A stretch of DNA of 26,101 nt from Rickettsiales bacterium (lineage in GTDB: Bacteria; Pseudomonadota; Alphaproteobacteria; Rickettsiales; UBA1997): positions 1 to 26,101 of the forward strand of contig JBLHSZ010000001.1 of assembly GCA_047627095.1 (NCBI GenBank), read 5' to 3'. Shown piece by piece: positions 1 to 8,919 of the stretch. The stretch's first letter is position 1, and each line of letters begins with the position of its first letter. The notes beneath the pieces are model-generated. The model saw only the letters and a program-made list of their open reading frames with translations, was not told the DNA's origin and ran no database searches. Made by a program: the position numbers and the translations under genes.

Positions 1-214
<214 letters not shown>

Positions 215-243
215 CTAGTTATGAGTTATTAATTATTAGTTGA

Positions 244-531
244 TTAGCTTACAATAGCCAAAACATCAGATTCTTTCATGATGACGAGTTCTTTGTCATC
301 AAGCTTTACTTCGGTTACTCCCCATTTTTTGAAGAGGATTTTATTGCCAACTTTGACATCTAATGGAATTCTTTTTCCGTTATTGTCGTATGCACCTTCA
401 CCAACGGCGATGATCACGCCTTCTGATGGTTTTTCTTGAGCAGTGTCGGGAATGATGATTCCACCTTTAGTCTTGGTCTCAGCTTCGATTCTCTCAACCA
501 AGATATTGTCATGTAGAGTTTTGATAGTCAT
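244..531 (-). CDS. groES: Co-chaperonin GroES (Cpn10)
   Basis: 95 aa with LHDNILV, mobile loop [16 protein letters not shown] and C-terminal [10 protein letters not shown]; adjacent to groEL. Confidence 0.98.
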   Translation of the reverse strand: MTIKTLHDNILVERIEAETKTKGGIIIPDTAQEKPSEGVIIAVGEGAYDNNGKRIPLDVKVGNKILFKKWGVTEVKLDDKELVIMKESDVLAIVS

Positions 532-603
532 TGTTTGATTTGATTGTTAGTTTGAAGAATTATTAACCAGCCTATGAATTTGAAAATATGAAATTCGATG
601 GAG

Positions 604-631
604 ATATAGTGGTGATTAATTTTTTAACAAG
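604..631 (-). promoter_or_regulatory. Putative RpoH (sigma-32) heat-shock promoter of groESL
   Basis: Minus strand reads CTTG (631-628), 17 nt, ACTATAT (610-604), close to the alphaproteobacterial RpoH consensus CTTG-N17/18-CCTATAT. It ends 72 nt upstream of the groES ATG. Confidence 0.6.
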
Positions 632-664
632 AGAGGAAAAATAATTTATTTAAGAAAATATAAA

Positions 665-916
665 TTATTTCAATAATTCGTCCAATTTTCCTTGGCGATC
701 AAGGTTGTGAAGTTCGTCAGATCCGCCAACATGAAAATCATTGATAAAAATTTGTGGAACAGTTCTTTTTCCGCCAGATTTTTTGATCATTTCTTCGCGT
801 GTTTGATCATCAGAAATTTTTATTTCTTTAAATTCGACTTTTTTTCTTTGTAGAAGCATTTTGGCTTTTACGCAATAAGGACAATAGTCGGTAGTGTAAA
901 TAATTATATTAGGCAT
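665..916 (-). CDS. grxC: Glutaredoxin 3 (dithiol, CPYC)
   Basis: 83 aa with YTTDYCPYC active site, TVPQIFI cis-Pro motif and GGSDEL. Confidence 0.93.
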   Translation of the reverse strand: MPNIIIYTTDYCPYCVKAKMLLQRKKVEFKEIKISDDQTREEMIKKSGGKRTVPQIFINDFHVGGSDELHNLDRQGKLDELLK

Positions 917-1275
917 TAGAATTTGTTGCTGAATGAAGGATTTATTGGGTTGTCGGCGTTAGGAGATCCATAGTAAGTTGGAGGAACATAATATTGGTCA
1001 CCATCATAATATGGGTATTGATTTTGTGGTGGCAGCGCATATGGATTACTGTAGCTCCTGGAAGCTGGCTGCTGATAGTTGTAAGGACTATTTGTGTAAA
1101 TTGGAGGTTGGGGAGCGTAATAATTTTGCCTTTGAGCCTGATTGTATAGTGGTTGCTGTTGCTGATATTTATAATTTTGGGATTGATTACCAGAAGAGCA
1201 TCCGCACAAAATAGCCAAGGGCAATAGCACTAATATTGGCGTTGATTTAAATTGAGAAGAATGATTAATTATCAT
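916..1275 (-). CDS. Hypothetical lipoprotein with low-complexity Q/N/Y/P-rich mature region
   Basis: Hydrophobic stretch ILVLLPLAILCG followed by lipobox Cys26. AGGA lies upstream of the ATG, and the TAA stop shares base 916 with the grxC ATG (TAATG coupling). Confidence 0.8.
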   Translation of the reverse strand: MIINHSSQFKSTPILVLLPLAILCGCSSGNQSQNYKYQQQQPLYNQAQRQNYYAPQPPIYTNSPYNYQQPASRSYSNPYALPPQNQYPYYDGDQYYVPPTYYGSPNADNPINPSFSNKF

Positions 1276-1451
1276 TATAATATCCTGAAAAGAGGAAAAA
1301 ATTTGTTAATGCAAATTATTGTTGAATTTTGGGCAAAAAACGGAAGCAATAAAAACGTTATGATTAAAACATCTTTCTTAAAGAAGTAAAGCGATATCAA
1401 TACATTTCTTCGAGAAAAATGCGATTGTAGTAATAATAATACAGTGATTTA

Positions 1452-2543
1452 ATGAAAAACGAACATTTTGATCAAAAAGATCAACTTTTTATGAATATTG
1501 CTTTAAATATTTCTAAAAGAAATATTGGCATCACTAAAGAAAATCCATCGGTTGGATGTGTTCTAGTGAAAAATAATACTATTGTTTCAACAGGAGTTAC
1601 TGGTGAAGACGGAATCCCTCATGCTGAAAATATTGCAATTTTAAAAGCAGGAAAAAATGCAAAAGGAGCCACGGCTTATGTGACTTTAGAGCCATGCTCT
1701 CACTTCGGAAGAACTCCTCCTTGTGCTGATTTGCTTGCTGAATCTGGAATTTCCAGAGCCGTGATAGCAACATCAGATCCTGACAAAAGAGTAAATGGGT
1801 CTGGAATCTTCAAATTGAAAGCGGCGGGAGTCGAAGTAGTTGTTGGAATTTTGGAAAATGAGGCAAGAAAAATCAATCAAGGTTTTTTTAGTTCAAGGCA
1901 AAAAAATCGACCGTTTATTACTTTGAAACTCGCCACCAGTTTTGATGGAAAAATTGCTTATAATTCTAAAATACAAAATGAAGAAAATCGATGGATTAGC
2001 TCACCACAATCTCGAGATTTTGCTCATTTACTCAGGAGTAAAAATGATGCGATTTTAGTCGGGGCGAATACGGTTATTAATGATGACCCAAGACTAGATT
2101 GTCGCCTTTCTGGTTTGAAGAAGTATTCACCCAAAAGAATCATTCTTAGTTCAAATCTTCATTTCGATGTAAATAAGAAAATATTTCAAAGCGCAAAATC
2201 AATCCCAACTTATATAGCGACTAACAATCAAAACACTAAAGAATTCGAAGAATTGGGAGTAAAAATTATCAATTTCAAAGATGATGATTTAAATTCTTTG
2301 GTAGAGAAATTTCCAAAAATGGGAATTAATAATTTGTTAATTGAAGGGGGATCTTTTGTTGCGGCAGAATTCTTTAAAGCCGGCTTGATTGATAAATTTA
2401 TCCAAATAAGATCCAGCAACAAAATTGGTGATGATGGAATTGACGCAATTTCTGGTTTTGATTTGCAACAAATCACTCAAAACTTCCAAACTTCCAAATC
2501 TCGCAAAATATCAACTGACTTAATAACCGAATTTACAAACTAA
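1452..2543 (+). CDS. ribD: Bifunctional riboflavin biosynthesis deaminase/reductase RibD
   Basis: Zn-deaminase motifs HAE and LEPCSHFGRTPPC, NPSVGCV; reductase motifs LKLATSFDGKIA, AILVGANTV.DDPRL and IEGG. Confidence 0.97.
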   Translation: MKNEHFDQKDQLFMNIALNISKRNIGITKENPSVGCVLVKNNTIVSTGVTGEDGIPHAENIAILKAGKNAKGATAYVTLEPCSHFGRTPPCADLLAESGISRAVIATSDPDKRVNGSGIFKLKAAGVEVVVGILENEARKINQGFFSSRQKNRPFITLKLATSFDGKIAYNSKIQNEENRWISSPQSRDFAHLLRSKNDAILVGANTVINDDPRLDCRLSGLKKYSPKRIILSSNLHFDVNKKIFQSAKSIPTYIATNNQNTKEFEELGVKIINFKDDDLNSLVEKFPKMGINNLLIEGGSFVAAEFFKAGLIDKFIQIRSSNKIGDDGIDAISGFDLQQITQNFQTSKSRKISTDLITEFTN

Positions 2544-2544
2544 A

Positions 2545-3750
2545 ATGACTCAAAAAATAAAAGTAGCAAATCCAATTGTTGAAATTGATGGCGATGAAAT
2601 GGCTCGCATAATGTGGACAATGATCAAGGATAATTTAATCAATCCCTATCTTGATTTGGATATTAAATATTATGATTTGGGCGTTGAAAAACGCGATGAA
2701 ACAGACGATCAGATCACAATTGATGCTGCGATCGCGACTAAAAAATATCAAGTGGCAATAAAATGTGCGACTATTACCCCAACTCCAGATCGCCAAAAAG
2801 AATTCAATTTAAAGAAAATTTATCGCTCACCAAATGGCACAATCAGAAACATTATTGGTGGAACGGTTTTCAGAGAACCAATTGTAGTTTCTAATATCCC
2901 AAGAATCGTCAGCACTTGGAAAAAACCAATTTGCATCGGACGTCACGCTTTTGGTGATCAATATAAAGCCTTCGACATCAAGACCCAAAAAGGATCAAAA
3001 ATCTTCCTAAAAGTAGTCAAAGAAAATGGTGAAATAGAAGAAAATGAAGTTTATGACTTTGCCGATTCCGATGGAATTGCCATGGCAATGTACAATACTA
3101 AAAAATCGATCACTGAGTTTGCTTATGCTTCAATGAATATGGCTTTGACAAAAAAATGGCCATTATTCTTATCCACTAAAGACACAATTTTGAAAATCTA
3201 TGATACGGAATTTGTTGATATTTTCCAGAAAGTTTATGAAGAAGATTTTGAATCAAAATTCAAAGATGCCGGAATTTATTACGAGCATCGCCTGATTGAC
3301 GACATGGTAGCCTATGCTCTTAAAACTGAAGGTGGATTTGTTTGGGCATGCAAAAACTATGATGGTGATGTTCAGTCAGACAGTTTGGCGCAAGGTTTTG
3401 GATCTCTTGGTTTGATGAGTTCAATTTTGATTTCTCCTGATGGAGAAACCGTTGAAGCTGAAGCAGCACATGGAACTGTGACTCGCCATTATCGCGCTCA
3501 TCAGAGAGGTGAAAAAACTTCTACTAATTCAGTAGCTTCAATTTTTGCTTGGTCTCGCGGTTTGGCTCATCGTGCGAAGTTGGATGGGAATGAAGAACTT
3601 AAAAACTTTACCCAAAAATTAGAAGATTCCGTGATCAAAACCATTGAAAATGGATATATGACCAAAGATTTGGCACTTTTGACGGGGCAAAAAGATTATT
3701 TGGATACGGAAGGGTTTATTTTAAAAGTTAAAGAAGAGCTAGATAAATAA
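2545..3750 (+). CDS. icd: NADP-dependent isocitrate dehydrogenase (eukaryote/alphaproteobacterial subfamily)
   Basis: DGDEMARI, KCATITP, RSPNGTIRNI, IGRHAFGDQY, HRLIDDMVA, CKNYDGDVQSD, EAEAAHGTVTRHYR. Confidence 0.97.
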   Translation: MTQKIKVANPIVEIDGDEMARIMWTMIKDNLINPYLDLDIKYYDLGVEKRDETDDQITIDAAIATKKYQVAIKCATITPTPDRQKEFNLKKIYRSPNGTIRNIIGGTVFREPIVVSNIPRIVSTWKKPICIGRHAFGDQYKAFDIKTQKGSKIFLKVVKENGEIEENEVYDFADSDGIAMAMYNTKKSITEFAYASMNMALTKKWPLFLSTKDTILKIYDTEFVDIFQKVYEEDFESKFKDAGIYYEHRLIDDMVAYALKTEGGFVWACKNYDGDVQSDSLAQGFGSLGLMSSILISPDGETVEAEAAHGTVTRHYRAHQRGEKTSTNSVASIFAWSRGLAHRAKLDGNEELKNFTQKLEDSVIKTIENGYMTKDLALLTGQKDYLDTEGFILKVKEELDK

Positions 3751-3761
3751 AACAATAGCTT

Positions 3762-4505
3762 ATGAATAAAAGAAATATCGCAATTGGTGCAATAGTCATT
3801 TTTGCATCAATTGGTGCAATAAATTTTTGGATTAAAGATTCTAAAACTCCACTCGATAAAACCATTTTTCTTCAAAAGAAAAAGCAGAATTCTAAAGATG
3901 CTTTGAGAGATCCTAAAAAAATCATTACCGTTCAGGAAAAAAAACAAAATTTTAAAGATATTTTAGTTGCTCCTGCAACAAAAGTATTCTTGAAGTTGCA
4001 AAAGCAATATGAGAAAACGATCGAAGAGATCCAAAAAGATCCTGATTCCAAATACCTCCAATCCTTAAGAGCAACATATAAATCTGACAGTAATGAAGAT
4101 TTATTAATGGCTCTGAAGCCTCATCCAATTAGTTTGACTTTGGCTCAAGGAGCAATGGAAAGTGCTTGGGGAACTTCAAGATTCTTTAGACAGGCAAATA
4201 ATGTATTTGGTGTTTGGTCATTTAATAAAAATGAAAAGCGTATTGCTGCTGGAGAAAAGCGAGGAGATAAGACAATCTGGATTAAAAAATATGATTCAAT
4301 TGAAGATTCCATTGAGAATTATTACAAGGTTCTGGCAACTGGATTTGCTTACAAAGAATTTAGAAAAGAAAAAATGCGCAGCAATGATTCACTCATTCTT
4401 GCCAAGAAATTGGATAAATATTCAGAAAAAGGACAGGAATATTGTCAGGAAATTATCGCAATGATAAAATACAATAAGTTTCAGGAATTTGATATCGGTC
4501 GATAA
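3762..4505 (+). CDS. Bax-like glucosaminidase-domain (GH73-type) peptidoglycan hydrolase with N-terminal membrane anchor
   Basis: Hydrophobic segment IAIGAIVIFASIGAINFW; motif LAQGAMESAWGTSRF..ANNVFGVW with the catalytic Glu; C-terminal YSE..QEYCQEIIAMIKYN. Confidence 0.85.
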   Translation: MNKRNIAIGAIVIFASIGAINFWIKDSKTPLDKTIFLQKKKQNSKDALRDPKKIITVQEKKQNFKDILVAPATKVFLKLQKQYEKTIEEIQKDPDSKYLQSLRATYKSDSNEDLLMALKPHPISLTLAQGAMESAWGTSRFFRQANNVFGVWSFNKNEKRIAAGEKRGDKTIWIKKYDSIEDSIENYYKVLATGFAYKEFRKEKMRSNDSLILAKKLDKYSEKGQEYCQEIIAMIKYNKFQEFDIGR

Positions 4506-4538
4506 ATATTATTATTTTGTTTAATCTCTGAGCATATT

Positions 4539-6329
4539 TTAAATCATCAAATCTTCAACCACCACCTGCAGATTTTCATTTCCCATCCATCTATTGATAT
4601 TGATTTGCCCAACAATTGCTACTGGCTTTCCTTTATTCTTTGAAATTAAAACTGCTCCCAAATCACTATCCATAGCGCCAAAAGCAAATCCAGTAATTCT
4701 TCCATTCCAACCTGCCAGAGTTTTGGCGGCAAAAACACATCGAACATGTTTTTCGTCTTTTCCAACAATTTTAGCTTCAATAATTTGCAAATCTTTGATC
4801 ACGAATCTTGGTTTTGAATTTCCAACTCCAAATGGTTCTAGTTTTGAAAGTTCTTTGGCAAGTTTGATGTTAGCAGAATTGATGTCCAAAATATCGGCAA
4901 TATTAGAGACTTGGTTTTGGCGAGAAATTTCAACCTCAGCCGCCAATTTTTCATTTAAGAATTTTTGTAATTCAGGAATTTTTTCTTCCAAAATTGAAAA
5001 TCCTGCTGCCATTTTATGGCCACCACCTTCAAGAATAATTCCCAAAAGCTTGGCTTCAACTATTGCTGATCCAAAATCAACACCAGAAATTGAACGACAT
5101 GACGCTTTGCCAATACCGTCTTTTATGGCTAGAATTGCAGTTGGTTTGCCATGAAGATCTTTGATTCTGGAGGCGACAATACCAATAACTCCTTGATGCC
5201 ATTGATCTGAGGCGACCATCAAAACCGCGTCATCGCGATTTTCTGTCAATGCTTTAGCTTCTAACAAAATATTAACTTCAATATCTTTGCGTTTATTGTT
5301 GTGAATATTGAGCTCTTCAGCGATTTTTTTCACCTCATCTTCATTGTTGCTGGACAGCAATCTTGCTCCTAAATCGGATTTTCCAACTCTCCCACCAGCA
5401 TTTATTCTGGGTCCCAAAACAAATCCTAGGTGATAAGAAGATGGTTCTTCATCTAAGCCGGCCGCATCAAATAAAGCTCTAATGCCAATATTTGATCTGT
5501 TTTTCATGATCTTCAAACCAGCACAGACAAAAGCACGGTTGACTCCTGTCAGACTCATGACATCGCAAACAGTTCCGAGTGCAACTAAGTCGAGCAAATT
5601 TAATAGATTTGGCTGAGCAAGGTTGTTTTGTGCATAAAATCCAGATTCACGAAGGGATTTATTCACCGCGACTGCAAGCAAAAATGAAACACCGACTGCG
5701 GCAAGATGTTTGTCAGGGAATTTTTCATCCAAACGATTGGGGTTGATGATGGCGATTGCTTCTGGTTTTTCAAATGCTCCAATATGATGATCGATGACAA
5801 TCACATCCAATCCGGCTTTTTTTGCAGCTTCCAAAGGTTCAAAAGAAACGGTTCCACAATCAACAGTGATGACCAAATCGGTTCCTTGTTTTTTGAGGTT
5901 CAAAAGAGCATCAACATTCGGACCATATCCTTCTAGTGCGCGATCAGGAATATAAATACCAATATCAACTCCTAGGCTTGCAAAAAATCTTTTAAGCAAG
6001 GCGGATGAAGTCGCGCCATCAACATCATAATCACCAAAAACAGTGATTTTTTTATTATTTTTTATTGTTGAAATTATTTTTTCAACCGCCTTATCCATAT
6101 CTAAAAGGTCGAATGGATTGGGAAGTGAAGATTTTATTGTCGGATTTAGGAAATTATCAACTTGAGAAAAGTCACTATCATTTGGGTCGACCAAGTTTTT
6201 CCCCGCCAAAACTCTCGCAACTGACAAAGCAATTCCAAGTCGTTGATGAATTGCCAGAGCTATTCTTTCGTCAATCGGAGTTGCCTGATAGGTTTTTTTA
6301 AGAATAGATTTGTGGTTCTGATCTTTCAT
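4539..6329 (-). CDS. recJ: Single-stranded-DNA-specific exonuclease RecJ
   Basis: DHH-family motifs FGDYDVDG, ITVDCG, IDHH, DLVALGTVCD, GPRINAGGR, KASCRS, GGGHKMAAGFS and LEPFGVGNSKP. Confidence 0.97.
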   Translation of the reverse strand: MKDQNHKSILKKTYQATPIDERIALAIHQRLGIALSVARVLAGKNLVDPNDSDFSQVDNFLNPTIKSSLPNPFDLLDMDKAVEKIISTIKNNKKITVFGDYDVDGATSSALLKRFFASLGVDIGIYIPDRALEGYGPNVDALLNLKKQGTDLVITVDCGTVSFEPLEAAKKAGLDVIVIDHHIGAFEKPEAIAIINPNRLDEKFPDKHLAAVGVSFLLAVAVNKSLRESGFYAQNNLAQPNLLNLLDLVALGTVCDVMSLTGVNRAFVCAGLKIMKNRSNIGIRALFDAAGLDEEPSSYHLGFVLGPRINAGGRVGKSDLGARLLSSNNEDEVKKIAEELNIHNNKRKDIEVNILLEAKALTENRDDAVLMVASDQWHQGVIGIVASRIKDLHGKPTAILAIKDGIGKASCRSISGVDFGSAIVEAKLLGIILEGGGHKMAAGFSILEEKIPELQKFLNEKLAAEVEISRQNQVSNIADILDINSANIKLAKELSKLEPFGVGNSKPRFVIKDLQIIEAKIVGKDEKHVRCVFAAKTLAGWNGRITGFAFGAMDSDLGAVLISKNKGKPVAIVGQININRWMGNENLQVVVEDLMI

Positions 6330-6340
6330 TTGATGCTTTT

Positions 6341-6375
6341 AAAAACAATATCCCGCAAAATATTTCTGCAGGATA
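6341..6375 (-). terminator. Intrinsic terminator downstream of the carB half-gene
   Basis: Minus-strand RNA UAUCCUGCAGAA-AUA-UUUUGCGGGAUA pairs throughout, with two G-U pairs, and is followed by UUGUUUUU. It starts 15 nt after the carB stop. Confidence 0.65.
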
Positions 6376-6390
6376 AGTTGATGATAAATC

Positions 6391-7974
6391 TTATAAATCT
6401 TGAAGCGCAATAACGTCTAAACTCATGCCTTTTTCTTTGTAAGCCATGATTGCTCCGACCAAAGCTTTGGCGCCAGAAATAGTGGTTGAGTAGGTGGTGC
6501 TTTTGATTAATGCAGTTCTGCGGATTGAGAAACTATCTTTTGTCGCTTGAGCACCTTCTGTGGTGTTGATGATCAGTGATATTTCTTTGTTGGAAATCAT
6601 GTCAACAATATGAGGCTTTCCTTCCAAAACTTTATTGACGATTCTGGCTTTAATATCATTTTCATTCAAAAATTCTGCCGTTCCTTTCGTTGCAACAATT
6701 TCAAATCCAATTGAAATTAAATCTTTTGCGATCTGGATAAGGTGCTTTTTGTCAGAATTTTTAACTGATAAAAATGCTAATCCTTCGGTTGGAAGAGTAG
6801 TTCCTGTAGCGATTTGCGCTTTTGCAAAAGCTAGTGGAAAAGTTTTATCAATTCCCATCACTTCACCGGTTGATTTCATTTCTGGACCCAAAATAATGTC
6901 GACATTGCCGAATCTGGCGAATGGGAAAACAACTTCTTTAACAGCGAAATAATCTGGTTTTTTGTATTCTAAATTGAATTCACTGAGTTTTTTGCCAACC
7001 ATGAGCATAGTGGCAATTTTTGCCAAAGGAATTTTGGTGGCTTTAGCAACAAAAGGAACTGTTCTTGAAGCTCTGGGATTGACTTCCAAAACAAAAAGCT
7101 GATCACCTTGAACTGCGAATTGAATATTCATCAAGCCCACAACATTCAATCCTAAAGCGAGTTTTATTGTTGCTTCTTTGATTTGTTCAATCATTTCATC
7201 CGACAAAGAATAAGGCGGAATTGAACAAGCAGAATCTCCTGAGTGAATTCCAGCTTCCTCAATATGTTGCATGATTCCTGCTACAAAAACATCTTTTCCA
7301 TCGCAAAGAGCATCAACGTCAACTTCAATCGCATCGGTCAAAAATTGATCCAAAAGCAAAGGCCCGCTTTCAAAAACTTCAGAATAATCGTTCAAATATT
7401 TATGCAGATATTCAGTGTCGTAAACAATCGCCATGCCTTTTCCACCCAAAACATATGAAGGACGAACTACAACAGGAAAACCAATTTGGCTGACTTGTTC
7501 AACAACTTCTAAAACAGAATAGGCGATGAAATTGTTTGGCTGCTTCAGACCTAGATCTTGCAAAAGTGTTTTGAAGCGATCGCGATCTTCCGCCAAATCG
7601 ATCATGTCTGGAGAAGTTCCGATGATTGGAACATTCGCATCTTGTAAAAATTTTGCTAAAGACAAAGGAGTTTGTCCGCCAAATTGAACATTAACACCCA
7701 ATAATTCGCCATTTTCTTGCTCGACTCGAACTAAAGATAAAACATCTTCACCAGTTAGTGGTTCAAAATAAAGACGATCTGAGGTATCGTAGTCAGTTGA
7801 AACTGTTTCGGGATTGCAATTGACCATAATTGCTTCAATTCCTGCTTCTTTTAGAGCAAAGGCTGAGTGGACACAAGTGTAGTCAAACTCAATTCCTTGA
7901 CCAATTCGATTGGGTCCAGAGCCGAGGATTATTACTTTTTTTCTATTCGTTGGATTGGATTCGCAAGCAGTCAT
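6391..7974 (-). CDS. carB: Carbamoyl-phosphate synthase large chain, C-terminal half only (second ATP-grasp plus MGS-like allosteric domain; CarB2-like)
   Basis: 527 aa starting MTACESNPTNRKKVIILGSGPNRIGQGIEFDY, equivalent to about residue 550 onward of a ~1070-aa CarB. Motifs: NCNPETVSTDYD, QFGGQTPL, VRPSYVLGG, HIEEAGIHSGDS, EVNPRASRTVPF, LGPEMKSTGEVMG. An in-frame TAA lies two codons upstream of the ATG. Confidence 0.95.
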   Translation of the reverse strand: MTACESNPTNRKKVIILGSGPNRIGQGIEFDYTCVHSAFALKEAGIEAIMVNCNPETVSTDYDTSDRLYFEPLTGEDVLSLVRVEQENGELLGVNVQFGGQTPLSLAKFLQDANVPIIGTSPDMIDLAEDRDRFKTLLQDLGLKQPNNFIAYSVLEVVEQVSQIGFPVVVRPSYVLGGKGMAIVYDTEYLHKYLNDYSEVFESGPLLLDQFLTDAIEVDVDALCDGKDVFVAGIMQHIEEAGIHSGDSACSIPPYSLSDEMIEQIKEATIKLALGLNVVGLMNIQFAVQGDQLFVLEVNPRASRTVPFVAKATKIPLAKIATMLMVGKKLSEFNLEYKKPDYFAVKEVVFPFARFGNVDIILGPEMKSTGEVMGIDKTFPLAFAKAQIATGTTLPTEGLAFLSVKNSDKKHLIQIAKDLISIGFEIVATKGTAEFLNENDIKARIVNKVLEGKPHIVDMISNKEISLIINTTEGAQATKDSFSIRRTALIKSTTYSTTISGAKALVGAIMAYKEKGMSLDVIALQDL

Positions 7975-8014
7975 TTCTTAATTATTAATGATGAATTGTT
8001 AATTTGGTTGGTGG

Positions 8015-8042
8015 ATTCTATTTACAAAAGCTGAAATATCAA
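8015..8042 (-). promoter_or_regulatory. Putative sigma-70 promoter of the carB half-gene
   Basis: Minus strand TTGATA (8042-8037), 16 nt, TAGAAT (8020-8015), ending 40 nt upstream of the ATG at 7974. Confidence 0.5.
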
Positions 8043-8043
8043 T

Positions 8044-8071
8044 TTGATATTTTAAAAAATAAAGCTAAATT
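8044..8071 (+). promoter_or_regulatory. Putative sigma-70 promoter of pstB(-lpdA)
   Basis: TTGATA (8044-8049), 16 nt, TAAATT (8066-8071, context GCTAAAT); back-to-back with the carB promoter. Confidence 0.45.
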
Positions 8072-8113
8072 GACCGACCTGTTAAAGGTCTTTTTAAATC
8101 AAATCTAAAAGCA

Positions 8114-8875
8114 ATGGAAAATAGCAAAATATCGACCAAAAATGTTGATCTATTTTATGGAGACAAACAAGCACTTTTTGATGTTAGTCTTGACTTCAAA
8201 GCCAATAGCACAACTGCCCTGATCGGACCTTCCGGTTGTGGAAAATCATCTTTCTTGCGCTGTATCAATAGAATGAATGACACCATCCCATCTTGCCGAA
8301 TCACCGGTGAAGTGAAAATTGATAATAAAGATATTTATGATAAAGATTTAGATATTGTCTTTTTGCGTTCTCGTGTTGGAATGGTTTTTCAAAAACCTAA
8401 TCCATTTTTGAAAAGCATTTATGAAAATGTTGCTTATGGCCCTAGAATTCATGGGTTGTTTGACAAAAAATCTGAACTTGATGAAATCGTTGAAACCAGT
8501 CTAAAAAGAGCGGGGCTTTGGAAAGAAGTTAAAGATCGTTTGAATGATCAAGGATCTGGACTATCTGGTGGGCAACAGCAAAGACTCTGTATTGCCAGAA
8601 CAATTGCAGTTAAACCAGAAATTATTTTGATGGATGAGCCCTGTTCAGCGCTTGATCCAATTGCTACGGCAAAAATCGAAGAGTTGATTGATGAGCTTAA
8701 GGAGAATTTTACTATTGTGATTGTTACACATTCAATGCAACAAGCGGCAAGAGTTTCTGATAGAACGGCATTTTTCAATATGGGAAAAGTTGAAGAATAT
8801 GATGATACTAATGTGATTTTTACTAATCCAAAGAATCAGCAAACTAGTGACTATATTACTGGTAGGTTTGGCTAG
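8114..8875 (+). CDS. pstB: Phosphate ABC transporter ATP-binding subunit PstB
   Basis: Walker A GPSGCGKS, PstB-typical [11 protein letters not shown] and [12 protein letters not shown], signature [13 protein letters not shown], Walker [12 protein letters not shown]-terminal DYITGRFG. Confidence 0.96.
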   Translation: MENSKISTKNVDLFYGDKQALFDVSLDFKANSTTALIGPSGCGKSSFLRCINRMNDTIPSCRITGEVKIDNKDIYDKDLDIVFLRSRVGMVFQKPNPFLKSIYENVAYGPRIHGLFDKKSELDEIVETSLKRAGLWKEVKDRLNDQGSGLSGGQQQRLCIARTIAVKPEIILMDEPCSALDPIATAKIEELIDELKENFTIVIVTHSMQQAARVSDRTAFFNMGKVEEYDDTNVIFTNPKNQQTSDYITGRFG

Positions 8876-8919
8876 TTTTGTTTTCGACAATTTTTTAACT
8901 TTTTAATTTTTAATTTTTT

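Noticed and set aside
532-664. CIRCE/HrcA operator upstream of groES
   Set aside because: No TTAGCACTC-N9-GAGTGCTAA or near match; only an RpoH-like promoter is visible.
1276-1451. FMN riboswitch upstream of ribD
   Set aside because: The region is very AT-rich and lacks the conserved AGGGCGGGGUG, CCGAC and GGAUG blocks.
3781-3821. 14-bp direct repeat CAATTGGTGCAATA (3781-3794, 3808-3821)
   Set aside because: It encodes the repeated IGAI in the glucosaminidase membrane anchor; a small local duplication with no sign of a separate function.
4162-4464. Same-strand alternative-frame ORFs (4162..4464, 15845..16051, 17212..17415, 21084..21299, 22943..23125)
   Set aside because: Nested in, or mostly overlapping, conserved genes in another frame; short, with no motifs or start signals.
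7975-8113. carB interrupted by a frameshift or programmed recoding
   Set aside because: No frame upstream of 7974 encodes CarB-like sequence; the DNA is AT-rich intergenic followed by pstB on the other strand. Misassembly cannot be excluded without reads.
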